Shown here one piece after another: positions 1 through 11,160 of a stretch of DNA of 64,000 bases. Position 1 is the first letter of the stretch, and every line of letters starts with the position of its first letter. Position numbers and translations under genes: made by a program. A model generated the notes under the pieces. The model did not search any database. It saw only the letters and a list, made by a program, of their open reading frames with translations, and was not told the DNA's origin. Source of the stretch: Sphyrna mokarran (Eukaryota); assembly GCA_024679065.1 (NCBI GenBank), contig JAGIQG010000020.1, forward strand, positions 8,804,001 through 8,868,000. The letters are read 5' to 3'.

Positions 1-330
1 GTTTACAAGGAAAGAGGAACAAGGCTGTTTTCAAAGAGAGGTTTGATAGTAATCGATGTGGAAGAAAGAACACTGTCTGAGGAGAGATAGCAGTTCATGA
101 TATCAGCGAAACTGGGGTAAAACAAAGAAAGTTAGATGGTCAGTAATTTATTGGAAACATGGTCCACATGGGTCTAATACAGAAAATGAATTATGGAAGG
201 CAATGAGGGAATATATGAAAAAAACATTCAAGTCAACTATGATGCATGCGAAGTAGTGTTCCGTCATTTCACTCCGATATAACTTCATTCTAAGGAAAGT
301 GTACGCTCTATTTTTTCTGGATTCTGATAT

Positions 331-2613
331 TAGAACAAAGAACACAGAAAATTACAGCGCAGGAACAGGCCTTGGGCCCTCCAAGCCTGTACCGATCATG
401 CTACCTCATAACTAAAACCCTCTACCCATTCAGGGACCATATCCCTCTAATTCCATTCTATCCATCTGTCTGTCAAGGCGTTCTTTTAAAGTCACCATCG
501 CATGGGTTTCCACTACCTCCCCAGCAATGAGTTCCAGGCACCCATCACCCTCTGTGTGAAAATTCTGCCTCGTAGGTCTCCCTTAAACCTTGCCCCTGGC
601 ATCTTAAACATATGTCCCCTAGTAATTGACCCTTCTACCTGGGAAAAGGCATCTGACTATCCGCTCTGTCGAAGCCTCTCATAATGTTGTAGAATTCTAT
701 CAGGTCACAACTCCACCTCCTTCGTTCCAGTAAGAACAAAACAAGTTTCTCCAAGCTCTCATCATAGCTGATGCCCTCCATACCAGACAACATACTGAAA
801 AATTTTTTTCTGTACGCTTTCCAAAGCCCCCGCACCCTTCTCGTAGTGTGGCGACCACAATTAAACACTATATTTCAAATGTGGCCTAAATAAGGTTCGA
901 CAAAAATGTGGCTTGTCCATTTTTAAACCGAATGCACCTCCCGCTGAAGGCAAGAATGCCGTTTGCCTTCTTGACTACCTTCTCCTCCTGCATTGCCACT
1001 TTCATTGACCAGTGTACCGGTACCCCTAAACCTAACCCTTTGCCTATCAATAATCTTAAGGGTTCTGCCATTTACTATTTCTTTTCTATTGTATTAGACC
1101 TTCCAAATGCATTACCTCATATTTGTCGGATTAAACTCCACCTTCCAATTGACCAAAGTCCTGCAGTATCCTCCGATGGTCCTCATTGCTGTCTGAAAAT
1201 CCAGCAACTTTTATATCATCTGCAAACTTACTAATTAATCCCACTACATTGTCCTCCAAATCATTGATAAAAATATTAGAAACGACAACGGTCTCAGCAC
1301 TGATCTCTGAGGAACACCACTTGTCACAGTCCTCCTTTCAGAAACGTACCTTTACATTGCTACCCTGTCTCTTCTTTGACTAAGCTGGTTTTGTATCCAT
1401 CTTGCCAGCTCATCTCTGACCCCATGCGACTTCACCTTCTGCATTAGCCTGAAATGAGGACCTTGTCAACGGCCTTACTTATGTCCATGTAGACAACATC
1501 CACTGCCCTACCCTCATCAATCATCTTCGCCACTTCTTCGAAAAACTGGATCAAGTTAGTGAGACACAAACTTCCCTTCACAAACCATGTTGTCTCTCAC
1601 TAATATGTCCACTTATTTCCAAGTAGAATAAATCCTGTCTCAAAAATTCCTCTTCAAAAATAGCCCTGCCAATAATGTTAAGCTCACCAGCCTGTAATTT
1701 GGATTATTCTTGTTAACCTTGTTAAACAAAGGAACAACAATGACCATTCTCCAGTCCTCTGAGACCTCCCCTGTAGTCAGTGAAGATACAAAGATATCTC
1801 TCAGAGCCCCAGCAATTTTCTCCCTTGCCTTTCTCAGTACTCTGGAGTACATCCCATCAGTCTCTGGGGACTTGTTTACCTTAATATTTCTCAAGAACCC
1901 AATACTTCCTGCATTTTGATCTCAACATGACCCAAAGTAACTACACACCCTTTCCCATACTCATCATCCACGATGTCCTTTTCTTTGTTAAATACTACCG
2001 CACAATACTCATTCAATGACTCGCCCATTTCCTCTAGCACCATGCATAGATTCCTCCCTTCTCCTTGAGTGGGCCAACCCTCCCCCTGGCTACCCTCTTG
2101 TTCTTTACATATGTATAAAAAGCCTTGGGATTTTCCTTAGTCCTGCTTGCCAAGGCTTTTTCGTGGTCCCTTTTAGTCTTCTTTACTCCTTGCTTAAGTT
2201 TCTGTCTATTTTCCTTATTCCACACTTGCTTCACGTGTTCCTATTTCCTACCTTTGACAAATGTTTCCTTTGTTTCTTTGACAATGCTCACAATATCTCT
2301 CCTTATCCAAGGGTCTCAAAATTTCCCATACTTATCCTTCATCTTTACAGGAATGTGCCGGTCCTGAATCTCTATCAACTTGCACTTGAAGGCCTCCCAC
2401 ATGCCAGACGTTGATTTTCCTTGAAACATCGTCCCCCAATCTACATTCGTTAGTTCCTACCTAATATTGTTGTAATTAGCCTTCCCACATTTAGCACCTT
2501 AACTTGAGGACTAACTTAATTTTATCCATCAGTACCTTAAAATTTATTGAATTGTGGTCACTGTTTCCAAACTGCTGCCTTACAGAAACATCAATCACCT
2601 GGCCGGGCTCATT
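331..2613 (-). mobile_element. CR1-clade LINE, 5'-truncated and decayed
   Basis: Minus-strand ORF2 remnants (KSPETDGMYSRVLR, ENPKAFYTYVKNKR, LEKLVLFLLERRR); CR1 3' end with (ttctttg)-type tail at ~331-345. Confidence 0.9.
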
Positions 2614-2984
2614 AGTGGAAATAGTTTCTCTGGACCTTTACTATCGCACTAGTTGATCATTCTAAATACGTCAATTAGGGACACAGAGTGCAAGAGAAGG
2701 CAGACAGTGAGTGACTTAGCAGAAAAGTGTCACTGTTCCAATCTGTATTCTCATTCATGCTTTTAACGTTCTTCAGTATAAGCGCTCGGTTTCGCAAAGA
2801 CACACAAATTTTTGTTTCAGCCATAGCCTCATATCAGTCGAAAAACAAGAGATCCTGCAAAATTTTCAACTAGTTTTGTGCTAAATACTAGTGTTGGAAA
2901 TTCATCCCTTCTCAAATAGATTGTGCCTCTTGCTGTCTCTATTTAAGACAGTTCCAAGTAAGGACAAAATTCTTGCTGAGGCAG

Positions 2985-3398
2985 CTGAGGGGTCGTGAGA
3001 GGACTGCTCTTGGATCTTTTTCGAGAGTATCCTACTGCTTCACGTTGTTAGTGTACGCTTGACCTGGACCTTCTGATGGACAACACGACAACTCAGTGAG
3101 TTTCGCTATGCTGTGCAGATACATGGATTTGGGCCTGTGTCTGTGGGAGTTTGCGCATTCTCCCCGTGCTTGCGTGGGTTTTCTCCAGGTGTTCCGGTTT
3201 CCTCCCACATCCCAAAGATGTGCCCTTAGGCTAATTGGCAAACCAAATTCTCCCTAAATTGTCTCAAATTTGGTTTTTAAATCCATAGATCGAAAATCAT
3301 GGACATGGATCGCGGGTAGAGGTGGGAACATCGGGGTGGCGGCACGGGCTCGTTGGGCCGAAGGGCCTGTTTCCCGTGCTGTTTTGTTCTTTATTCTT
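2985..3398 (+). mobile_element. 5'-truncated copy C of composite CR1-3'UTR/V-domain retroelement, present in unit 1 only
   Basis: Unit 2 has the empty site gctgaggcag|tgttcctccag (~25346-25366); insert has the unique block, V-SINE core (gggagtttgcgcattctccccgtg...ccggtttcctcccaca) and CR1 tail (gggccgaagggcctgtttcc...ttctttg). Confidence 0.85.
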
Positions 3399-4094
3399 TG
3401 TTCCTCCAGATCTATTGCTATTCAATATGCATCCATCATGCAGCATGGTCCAAATTGTTAGAACATGCCCTTGATTCCATTTACCCTCAGGTGCACTATT
3501 CTAAAATACTGCTTCCACAATCCTTGCTAAAACAAACGTGCCTTTTTTATTACTAGATTGCAACTTTAGAAACATCTGAGTTTATTTAGTGTCCGAATGA
3601 GGCACTCTCATAGGAGATTCACCAGGATGATGCCTGAGCTGTGATTATTTTTTTGTAGAGCAGGGAAAACTGAGGTGTTATCTCATCGAGGGGCACAAAT
3701 TATGAACGAAATAGATAGAGAGAAAGCTTTCACCTCAGTAGAGCGGGCAATAACTACGGGGCAAAGATTTAAAGGAGCAGGCGATTTAGAGAAGATTTGA
3801 AGAAATACTTCTTCAGCCAAAAGGTGCTGGGAATCTGGAACTTGCTGTCTGCAATGGTGACGGAGCAAGGAACCTCAGTGCATTTGAGAAATATATTGAT
3901 GAGGAATGAAAAAGTTAACCGCTGGTTGGCACACAGACGCGAAGTGCCTCATTCTGGCCTGGTTTCCTCCAACAGCTTTAAAAGGTAATACCTAGCACGT
4001 TTAAAGGATCGTTTTCAAAACTGAACCCTTCAGCAATTACTTCACCCTGACGAATAGCCCTATACCCCTTTATGATACCAATGTATCTACGGCA

Positions 4095-4210
4095 ATCGTA
4101 CCGCCTCGCCCGTCACGGAATCAGAGCCGACAGCGGCAGAGAAAGGAAACGTCCCTTGACCTCGGGCGGGAATTTCCGGTCTCGATCCAGAGAGGCCGTA
4201 AAACTCCCGC
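4095..4210. mobile_element. Short GC-rich MITE-like remnant, possibly Harbinger-derived; paralog at ~26052-26168
   Basis: Imperfect inverted repeat gcgggaatttccggtctc (4166-) / gaggccgtaaaactcccgc (-4210) in an AT-rich background. Confidence 0.45.
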
Positions 4211-5269
4211 AGCTCAGTGTAACAACCTAAATGCAGCACTTCAGCTGTGATCTGATCAGGGCTTTAGAAAACAAAAAGCATTACTTCCCCACTTTTTAAT
4301 TTCAATGCTCTTGTGATAAACATAGGTATTCTATTTGATTTCTAATTTACCTTCTGTTCATGCATAGGAATGTTCATTGAAAACATCTCGCCTCTTAACG
4401 TTACGTAAATTTTTGGAGCAGCTCGCTTTCATATTTTGGTCACAGAATCACACAATTCACTGGTCCATTCACTTCGTTTATCTATGAATACCGAAGGGTC
4501 AGCCAGTTTTCAGTGCCTCCTGAACTTAATCTGATCTGCCGATATGTCACTTTGTCATTTTTAACATTTAGGCAAAACTTGGACAGGTACATGGGTGAGA
4601 GATGTGTGGAGGGATATGATTCAATTGCAGGTCAGTGGGGCTAGGCAAAAAATAGTTCGGCACAAGCAAGACGGGCCAAAAGGCTTCTTTCTGAGCTCTG
4701 ATTTTCTATGCTTCTATGTTTATGAATCACTCTAACCTTCAATTCGATCGGCAAAATAATCTTGTTCCAGAAATGATCCTCGGGAATCGACATTTATCTC
4801 CTTTGTTAGTAAAGCGCCCACTTCAACATAAACATTATACGCCAATTAAAGTTATCGGACAATATATTAAAAGAATGACTCGCAGTACCAGAACCTACGT
4901 TGCAACTGCTGCATTAAAAAATGAGGCAGTGACGGCGTTTGTCCTGAATATGTGTAACCAGGCGGATTAGAAATGTCTGTCCGGTAGTACATTTTTGTGA
5001 ATCTTGAGACACAGATCAACTCTTTCATTACAATGGCAGAATATAATTAGTTCCATTAAAAAATATGTTGCAATATTACTTCATGCTGTTAATTTAATGT
5101 CATCGATCGTCTCCTTGTTGTGCCTCGGTGTCATTGGCTTTTAAAAAGAATGTGCAGAATATCACAATATAATATCATCATTTAATTCCTTTTAAAATGC
5201 TACCATTAATTTTTTTTAAGGGGAAGAGACAGAATAACAAAACAACAGTCGAGATAACGGTATAATGAT

Positions 5270-5275
5270 TTTATT
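5270..5275 (-). terminator. Polyadenylation signal, IgL cluster 1
   Basis: AATAAA ~190 nt after the C stop with a downstream GT-rich tract; context gtgtaataaaat is shared with clusters 2 and 3. Confidence 0.8.
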
Positions 5276-5465
5276 ACACAGAAGTATCAATGACATAAAA
5301 CTGAATCTTTGATTCAGGGTGAACAGAGTTAAATTGAAACTAAGGGAATCAGCTGATCTGCTACAAACTGTGATGAACTGTTTGAAATATTCCACGATTT
5401 GTGGAATTTATCTTGAAATGAAACTTTACTAACGGCAGAAAACAAAAATGCATTAGATGCTTGAA

Positions 5466-5788
5466 TCACATACAGCTGGATCTGGAGATGCTTGTTTGAA
5501 GCGGGTTTGCTTGAGTCTCGTGTTTAACCACACAGGAGTAAAGCTCGTGTGAGTTCCACTCTGAGGCTGACAGAGTCAGATAACTGCTCACACTGTACGT
5601 GTTGTCCGCCTCCTGCTGGACCCGACTGGTTTCAACCCCATTCCCTCTGACGCTGCCATCTACAGTCCATTCAATCTCCGCAGCTCCGGGGTTAAAACCG
5701 CTCACCAAACACACCAGGGTCGCCATGTTCTTTGCTGTGATTTGATCCGATGAAGGCGGAAGGAGAGACACAGTGGGGCTCCGTGGAT
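5466..5788 (-). CDS. IGLC: Ig light chain (lambda/type II) constant exon, cluster 1
   Basis: Acceptor tctctactttccag|AT; PRSPTVSLLPPSS...TLVCLVSGFNPG..EW...YSVSSYLTL...YSCVVKHE...SSCM*; C1-set Cys/Trp/Cys and penultimate interchain Cys; phase 1 matches the J donor. Confidence 0.97.
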
Positions 5789-6024
5789 CTGGAAAGTAGA
5801 GACAATGATCGCACATGTATTAAAAATCAGCATAAAACACTGAATCGTTGTTTCACCTTCTTCAGATTTTGTTTTAAATCGCTATTATTCTACAAGAATG
5901 TATACATTTTACATAGTGGAGTCTTATTGATGCCAAATGCAAAAAGGCTGGGACTCTGGTTTCTGGTTTCTGGAAGACATACAACCTGAGAAGGTTTTCC
6001 TTTTTCCCCTGCACGGACGGGAAC

Positions 6025-6032
6025 ATGCAAAT
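6025..6032. promoter_or_regulatory. Octamer motif in J-C intron (paralog 27975-27982)
   Basis: Perfect ATGCAAAT ~240 nt upstream of the C acceptor; function untested. Confidence 0.3.
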
Positions 6033-8832
6033 ATTAAAGAGAAAAATAAGAAGGAAGGTTCCGTGCATCCACTTGTAATCTGAAGGAACGCTGTCCTAGC
6101 GGGCGTCACGATCACCGAGAATTCCAGAATAAGAATTGTTTGCTTCTGTCACCATTTACACTTAACTGACACAAATCCTACATACTGGACTGATATTTGG
6201 GTTTGTGTACATTTTTTGCCGTGGCCTCACACCGTGTGCCGCCCAGACCAACAAGTGAGGATGTAGCGTAAATCTTAACAAATAACTTCCTATCGTAATG
6301 GAAATGTTTGGAGACATTTTTTGCGACTGTCACAAACAATTTGTTACAACTAAGAGGAAGAGTTTCTAATCAATATTGTAAACAATTCTAATACATAACA
6401 ACATAACCTAACAAGAGCCTCAAAAGGCCAGTAATAAAGCAAACAGGTCCTCATAATTATTTATCTCTCATACCTTGAGATCAGAGCAGATGGACTGTGA
6501 GATCTTATTGTGCTTAGATAGGGGACCCGTGATTCTGACAATTGAAGAATGATTCTGCATCACAAAGACTTAATTGTGGGCACGTTCTGAGATCGTGGTC
6601 GGCGCTCAGTCAATGAAAGTTTGCATTTTCTTTCCTTTGTCATTAGTCGATATTCGCAAAGCTGAAAGGGCATTGTATCAGAATCTTGTCTCTTTAAGTG
6701 ACCATTTACCGCTTAAGTTACCATCTATCACAGTCAATGGGGAAACACTGAATAACTACGTGAAGACATTGTAAGGCATCAAAGAAAGGGTTCAGATATG
6801 AATATTCATTTCAAATTAAAACGACAAGGCTAACCTCTTACAATTCGCCCTGACATTGCGGTATTATGTCTGCTACTACAACAATATGAGGTTTGTCGCT
6901 GTCGGCGTAAAAATAGATTATCTTTGGAGCTAGAAATTCGTCTTATATTTTGAAATGTAATATTCATCAGTCATCAGTCAGAAATTGTGACAGGGCTAAA
7001 GGGGATAGCATAGTTATAGACTAGTGAACCCAGCCTCAGTGAAGGGAGAACGAATGGAATAAACGCGGCGTAATCAAATACAGCAATCACGACATTGCTA
7101 GCGGAAAATCTTATCGCAGTGCGTGAATTGGTATTTTTGAGCAGGTATCATGAGCGGTGAATGACGGCAATATTTTTGCTATAGTCTACATGGATTTTAA
7201 CAAGGCTCTTGTTAAGTTCACACATTGGATGAACAGGTTTGATCCGAAATTGGTTCAGAGGCGGAAATAAAGGGTCCGTATATCAATGAGTGCCTCTATG
7301 ATTGTTGTTAGATGAAACAAATTTGGCAATGTGGTTGCGAACGAAGGAGACTGGGTAATGCAGGAAGACAGCAATGGACTAGTTAGATAAATGCAACAGC
7401 GGCAAATGGGATTAAATGCCGAAAAGCGTGAGCAACTGCATTACTGGAAGGCCAACAAGACAAGGGCTCATGCCTTTAAATGTGAAGAAACTAAGTGAGT
7501 TGAAAATGCATGTCCACAGATCCTGAAGGTGGCACAGCAAGTGTTATGGTAGCAAAGGAGGCGTGTGGGGCACTTACATTTATGTGCCGATTGTTAGAAC
7601 TTGGAGTTTATGCTGAAACTGTTGGAAATTTGCATAGAAAAGATGTAATTGTACGGGAGCGAGTACAGGGAGATCTCGAGTCGGCTGAAATGGAATATTT
7701 AGTTATAAGTAAGTATTGAAATGTCCTTTTCTTTGGAACAGAAGAGGCTGAAGACAAATCTAGTTGAAGACATAATATTCTGAGGTGTCCAGGCAGAATG
7801 AATCGGGAAACAGTATTGCCAATGGTTGCCGGCTCCATAAGTACGGAGCTTGGATTTAGCGTTAGAAGTAGAAAGTTTAGCGGAGATTGGAAGGGAATAG
7901 TTTCACCCAGAGGGTTTAGGGGATGTGGAACCTATTGTCGGAAAGTCTGTTAGTGACAGATTAATGGACATTTAAATGCACATACAATGTGTAATCTGAA
8001 AACTAATTAATAAATGATGGATTGTTCCTTGTGAACCAGCGCAGACACGATTGACCAAGTAGATAGTAACAATGCTGCAAAGATATATCATTCGATGATT
8101 CTGCGAGTATATTATATTGCTTTCCTCCCTCATTCAGGCACAGGGCTACAGTGTGCAAATTTATAAGGTACAGTGTCGCAATTCCGACATGAGCTTCCAA
8201 ACCAGCCATGCCTTCCACTGGATGAACACACGCGCAGCAGATGCACGGCAGCACAACCAGTTGGTAAATCCCCATCAAGTTACACAGCCTACCAAAGTAG
8301 AACTATACCGCCTTTCCTTGGCGAAAAACTCTTAATTTCCTCCGTAACAGCTCTGTGGTGTACCTATTACAAATGCTTTCTGATCATATCCCATGAATCA
8401 ATAAAAATGGCAATAATCCGCACGTTTTGTTCTATTACAACTCGCTGACAATCACAGAACCAGCAACAATCTGAACACGTCCACAGCAATATTCAAAAAC
8501 CTGGCAACTTATTCCGAGATATTCCAAAACAACTGATTGGATAGGAAGAAAATGAACCGTAATTTCCGACAAAGCAAATATTCTGCGCATCCTTGATGTT
8601 TGTTAATGTGCGATCCAGTAACCATCAGGATCGATTATTACTGGCGGAATTCTCGCAACAACATGGCTATTTTGGATACCCGGGATTAATGCGAAATGAT
8701 AGGCTGAGAATCTTGTATTGAACATTTTCAGTGAGCTTGCGGACGAGTGGGAGTGAATGGCTATTGTTCCGCAGACCCAATGCAAAAAAGATCTTAAAAC
8801 ATAATGTTGCTTTAAGTGGAATGAAGCAGCCT

Positions 8833-9397
8833 GATGTGAACGTTACAGAACCTTAGTTTGGCCGCAGTTGGAATACAATTTTCAAATCTGCTCGCCACAC
8901 TATCAGAAGGATATGGAGTCTCTGCAGCGGGTACACAAAAGATTTGACAGGATGTTCCCTGGTGTGGAGGGGATTAGCTATGATGAGAGGTTGGACAAAG
9001 TTCGTTTGTTTTAACTGGAGCGTTGGAGTTTGAGGAGACCTGATAGAAGTCTGCAAGCTTATGAAAGGCATGGAAAGAGTGGATAGTCAGAAGCCTTTCT
9101 CCCCGTCAGTTGCTAGGGGGCATAGGTTTAAGGTGCGAGGGGCAAAGTTTAAAGGAGATGTACGAGGCAGATATTTACAGAGGATAGAGTGCCTGAAACT
9201 CATTGCCGGGGGCGGTATGGAAGCAGATATGGTAGTGACTTTTAAAGGGTGTCTTGACAAGTACACGAATAGAATGGAAATAGAGGGTTATGGTTGCCGT
9301 AAGGGTAGGATGTTTTAGTTAAGTCGGCAGCGTTGTCGGTGCAGACTTGGAGGGCCAAAGGGCCTGTTCCTACGCTGTAATTTTCTTTGTTCTTTTG
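8833..9397 (+). mobile_element. CR1 LINE 3' end within J-C intron (paralog ~30832-31388)
   Basis: RT C-terminal remnant (RGHRFKVRGAKFKGDVRGR) followed by ggagggccaaagggcctgttcct...ttctttgttct tail. Confidence 0.85.
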
Positions 9398-9966
9398 AAT
9401 GTAATTCCAGCGCATTAAATCGGGCTACAAGAGCAGCGCTTGACACAGACTGAACCAGCATATCGCTTTCATAAAATCATGGAATTCTACAGCATCTAAG
9501 GGACCGACATTGGCTTATAAAAAAAACCCTGCTCACTTCGCTGATTTCTATGCCTGTTGTTTTTCACTGTTGAAATGTTTATCGTCTTGCTAATTATAGT
9601 TCCGCTCGCGGTGTTCATACAACTAGGGCACTCTGCTCCTAACACTAACTGAGCGAATGAAAACATCCCATCTTTCTAGCAATCCGCATTCAAATCATCT
9701 CCTTGGGCTGCCGACTGGATCAGGTGGCGCAAAATTCTGGACAGTCCCAGCAGAGCAGACCGGGATTGCACACACTCCAGAAAAGTTCTGAACCCAGCTA
9801 TCGCTGCAATATCATTGGCTGCTGAATCAAAGATCCCCCATAAAAATATTTTATGACCAATCATTTTGATTGCCACTAATTCAATCCACTTATCCGACCG
9901 TTTCGAGGAAATTTTGTTCTTAAGACAGCGTCACAAATGTTTGAGACATTTAGGTGATTTACTTAC

Positions 9967-10317
9967 TGTCCAGATTCAACTTCGTTCCTCTCCCGAAAAT
10001 GAAACTATATGGACTGCTGGTATATCGAGCACCACAGTAGTAATCTGCAGCATCCTCCGACAGCACGTTGGTGATGGTTAAATCCATCTTGTTACTCGAT
10101 GAGTCCACAGACCCGGCGAATCGATCTGGAATACCCGAAGCCATACCATCGTACTGGGACCAAACAAGCACAGGGGCACTGCCGGGTTTCTGCCAGTACC
10201 AGCTCGCGTAGTAGCTGCCAATGCTGCCTCCGGACATGGTGCAAGTGATGGTGACGGTCTTTCCCGGTGAGGACGAAATGGATCCTGGTTGGGTCAGGAC
10301 AGGATCCGCAATCGCAC
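9967..10317 (-). CDS. IGLV: Germline-joined VJ exon, Ig lambda/type II light chain, cluster 1
   Basis: Acceptor ttgcatttcaccag|GT; [44 protein letters not shown]...VWSQYDGMASGIPDRF...[26 protein letters not shown]; J motif FGxG fused in frame, no RSS; donor A|GTAAGT; 351 nt. Confidence 0.97.
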
Positions 10318-10455
10318 CTGGTGAAATGCAAAGTATTGTCAGTCAAACACTGTGAAATGTTAAATATAGCTTACAATTCAGGTTCGTTAAAACACAAGCG
10401 CAAAAGCAAATAACGTGAAGAAAATGTGTTACTTCAGCTTGACGCCCGTACTTAC

Positions 10456-10504
10456 TGTGAAAACAGAGTAGCAGTGCGGCGAGAACTCCAATCGATTGTG
10501 TCAT
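10456..10504 (-). CDS. IGLV: Leader (signal peptide) exon, cluster 1
   Basis: ATG at 10504, MTQSIGVLAALLLCFH, phase-1 donor A|GTAAGT, 138-nt intron to VJ. Confidence 0.93.
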
Positions 10505-10571
10505 GGCGAAGGTTTGGGGAGAGGCAGAAGACAAATAAATCCTGACACGAACGCGCTTCTGAGTCCATTCC

Positions 10572-10633
10572 AACCTCTCCTTAAAAAGATTCAAACACGG
10601 CAGGGCGAATGAATATTAATTACGTATGCAAAT
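10572..10633 (-). promoter_or_regulatory. IgL promoter, cluster 1: octamer ATTTGCAT (10626-10633) plus TATA-like TTAAGGAGAGGTT (10572-10584)
   Basis: Light-chain-orientation octamer ~120 nt upstream of ATG; both motifs conserved in clusters 2 and 3. Confidence 0.88.
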
Positions 10634-11013
10634 TTCCTGGCACGTGATAGTAGGCCGAATATCTCCATTTCGGTATTGTCTGATATTTTCAAGATGCTCA
10701 CGATAGTCATTTTGGAAAAGAAGAAATATAAACCTTCCAAGCCACAGAACAGCATGCAAAATGGCTCAATACCCAATTAACCCCCCCTCCCCCCCAAAAA
10801 AAACGTTGTGATAAAACATGAAGAGATTAAATGAATCGTGGCTTGATCTCTGGAAGCCTGCAGATTACAATAAATAAATATTGCGGACAGTAAGGCGTCC
10901 AAGAACGTCCCTGGTGAAAAAATTAGAGAAGAAAAGTGTGAGTTGAGATTTCATGTGCACACAGAGGGGTGTAAGGGAATTAAACACACTCCATATTGGC
11001 TTCTCGGCATAGT

Positions 11014-11160
11014 TAGATAGATATGTAGAGATGGATAAAAATAAAGATAGATAGATGTAGAGATAAATAAATATGGATAGATAGGTAGATAGATAGAAAA
11101 AGCAGTGGATAGATAGAAAGAAAAAGCAGTGGGTAGATACATAGATAGATAGATAGATAT
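11014..11160 (+). repeat. Imperfect (GATA)n microsatellite
   Basis: tagatagata... array; paralog at 33009-33185. Confidence 0.9.

Noticed and set aside
5789-5816. ORF-track N-terminal extensions of the C and V exons (MCDHCLYF, MLFLLFF, MFLG)
   Set aside because: These are intronic polypyrimidine tracts upstream of the true splice acceptors.
10348-10354. Perfect heptamer CACAGTG (minus strand) in the L-V intron; another in the C exon at ~5769
   Set aside because: No nonamer-like sequence at 12- or 23-nt spacing.
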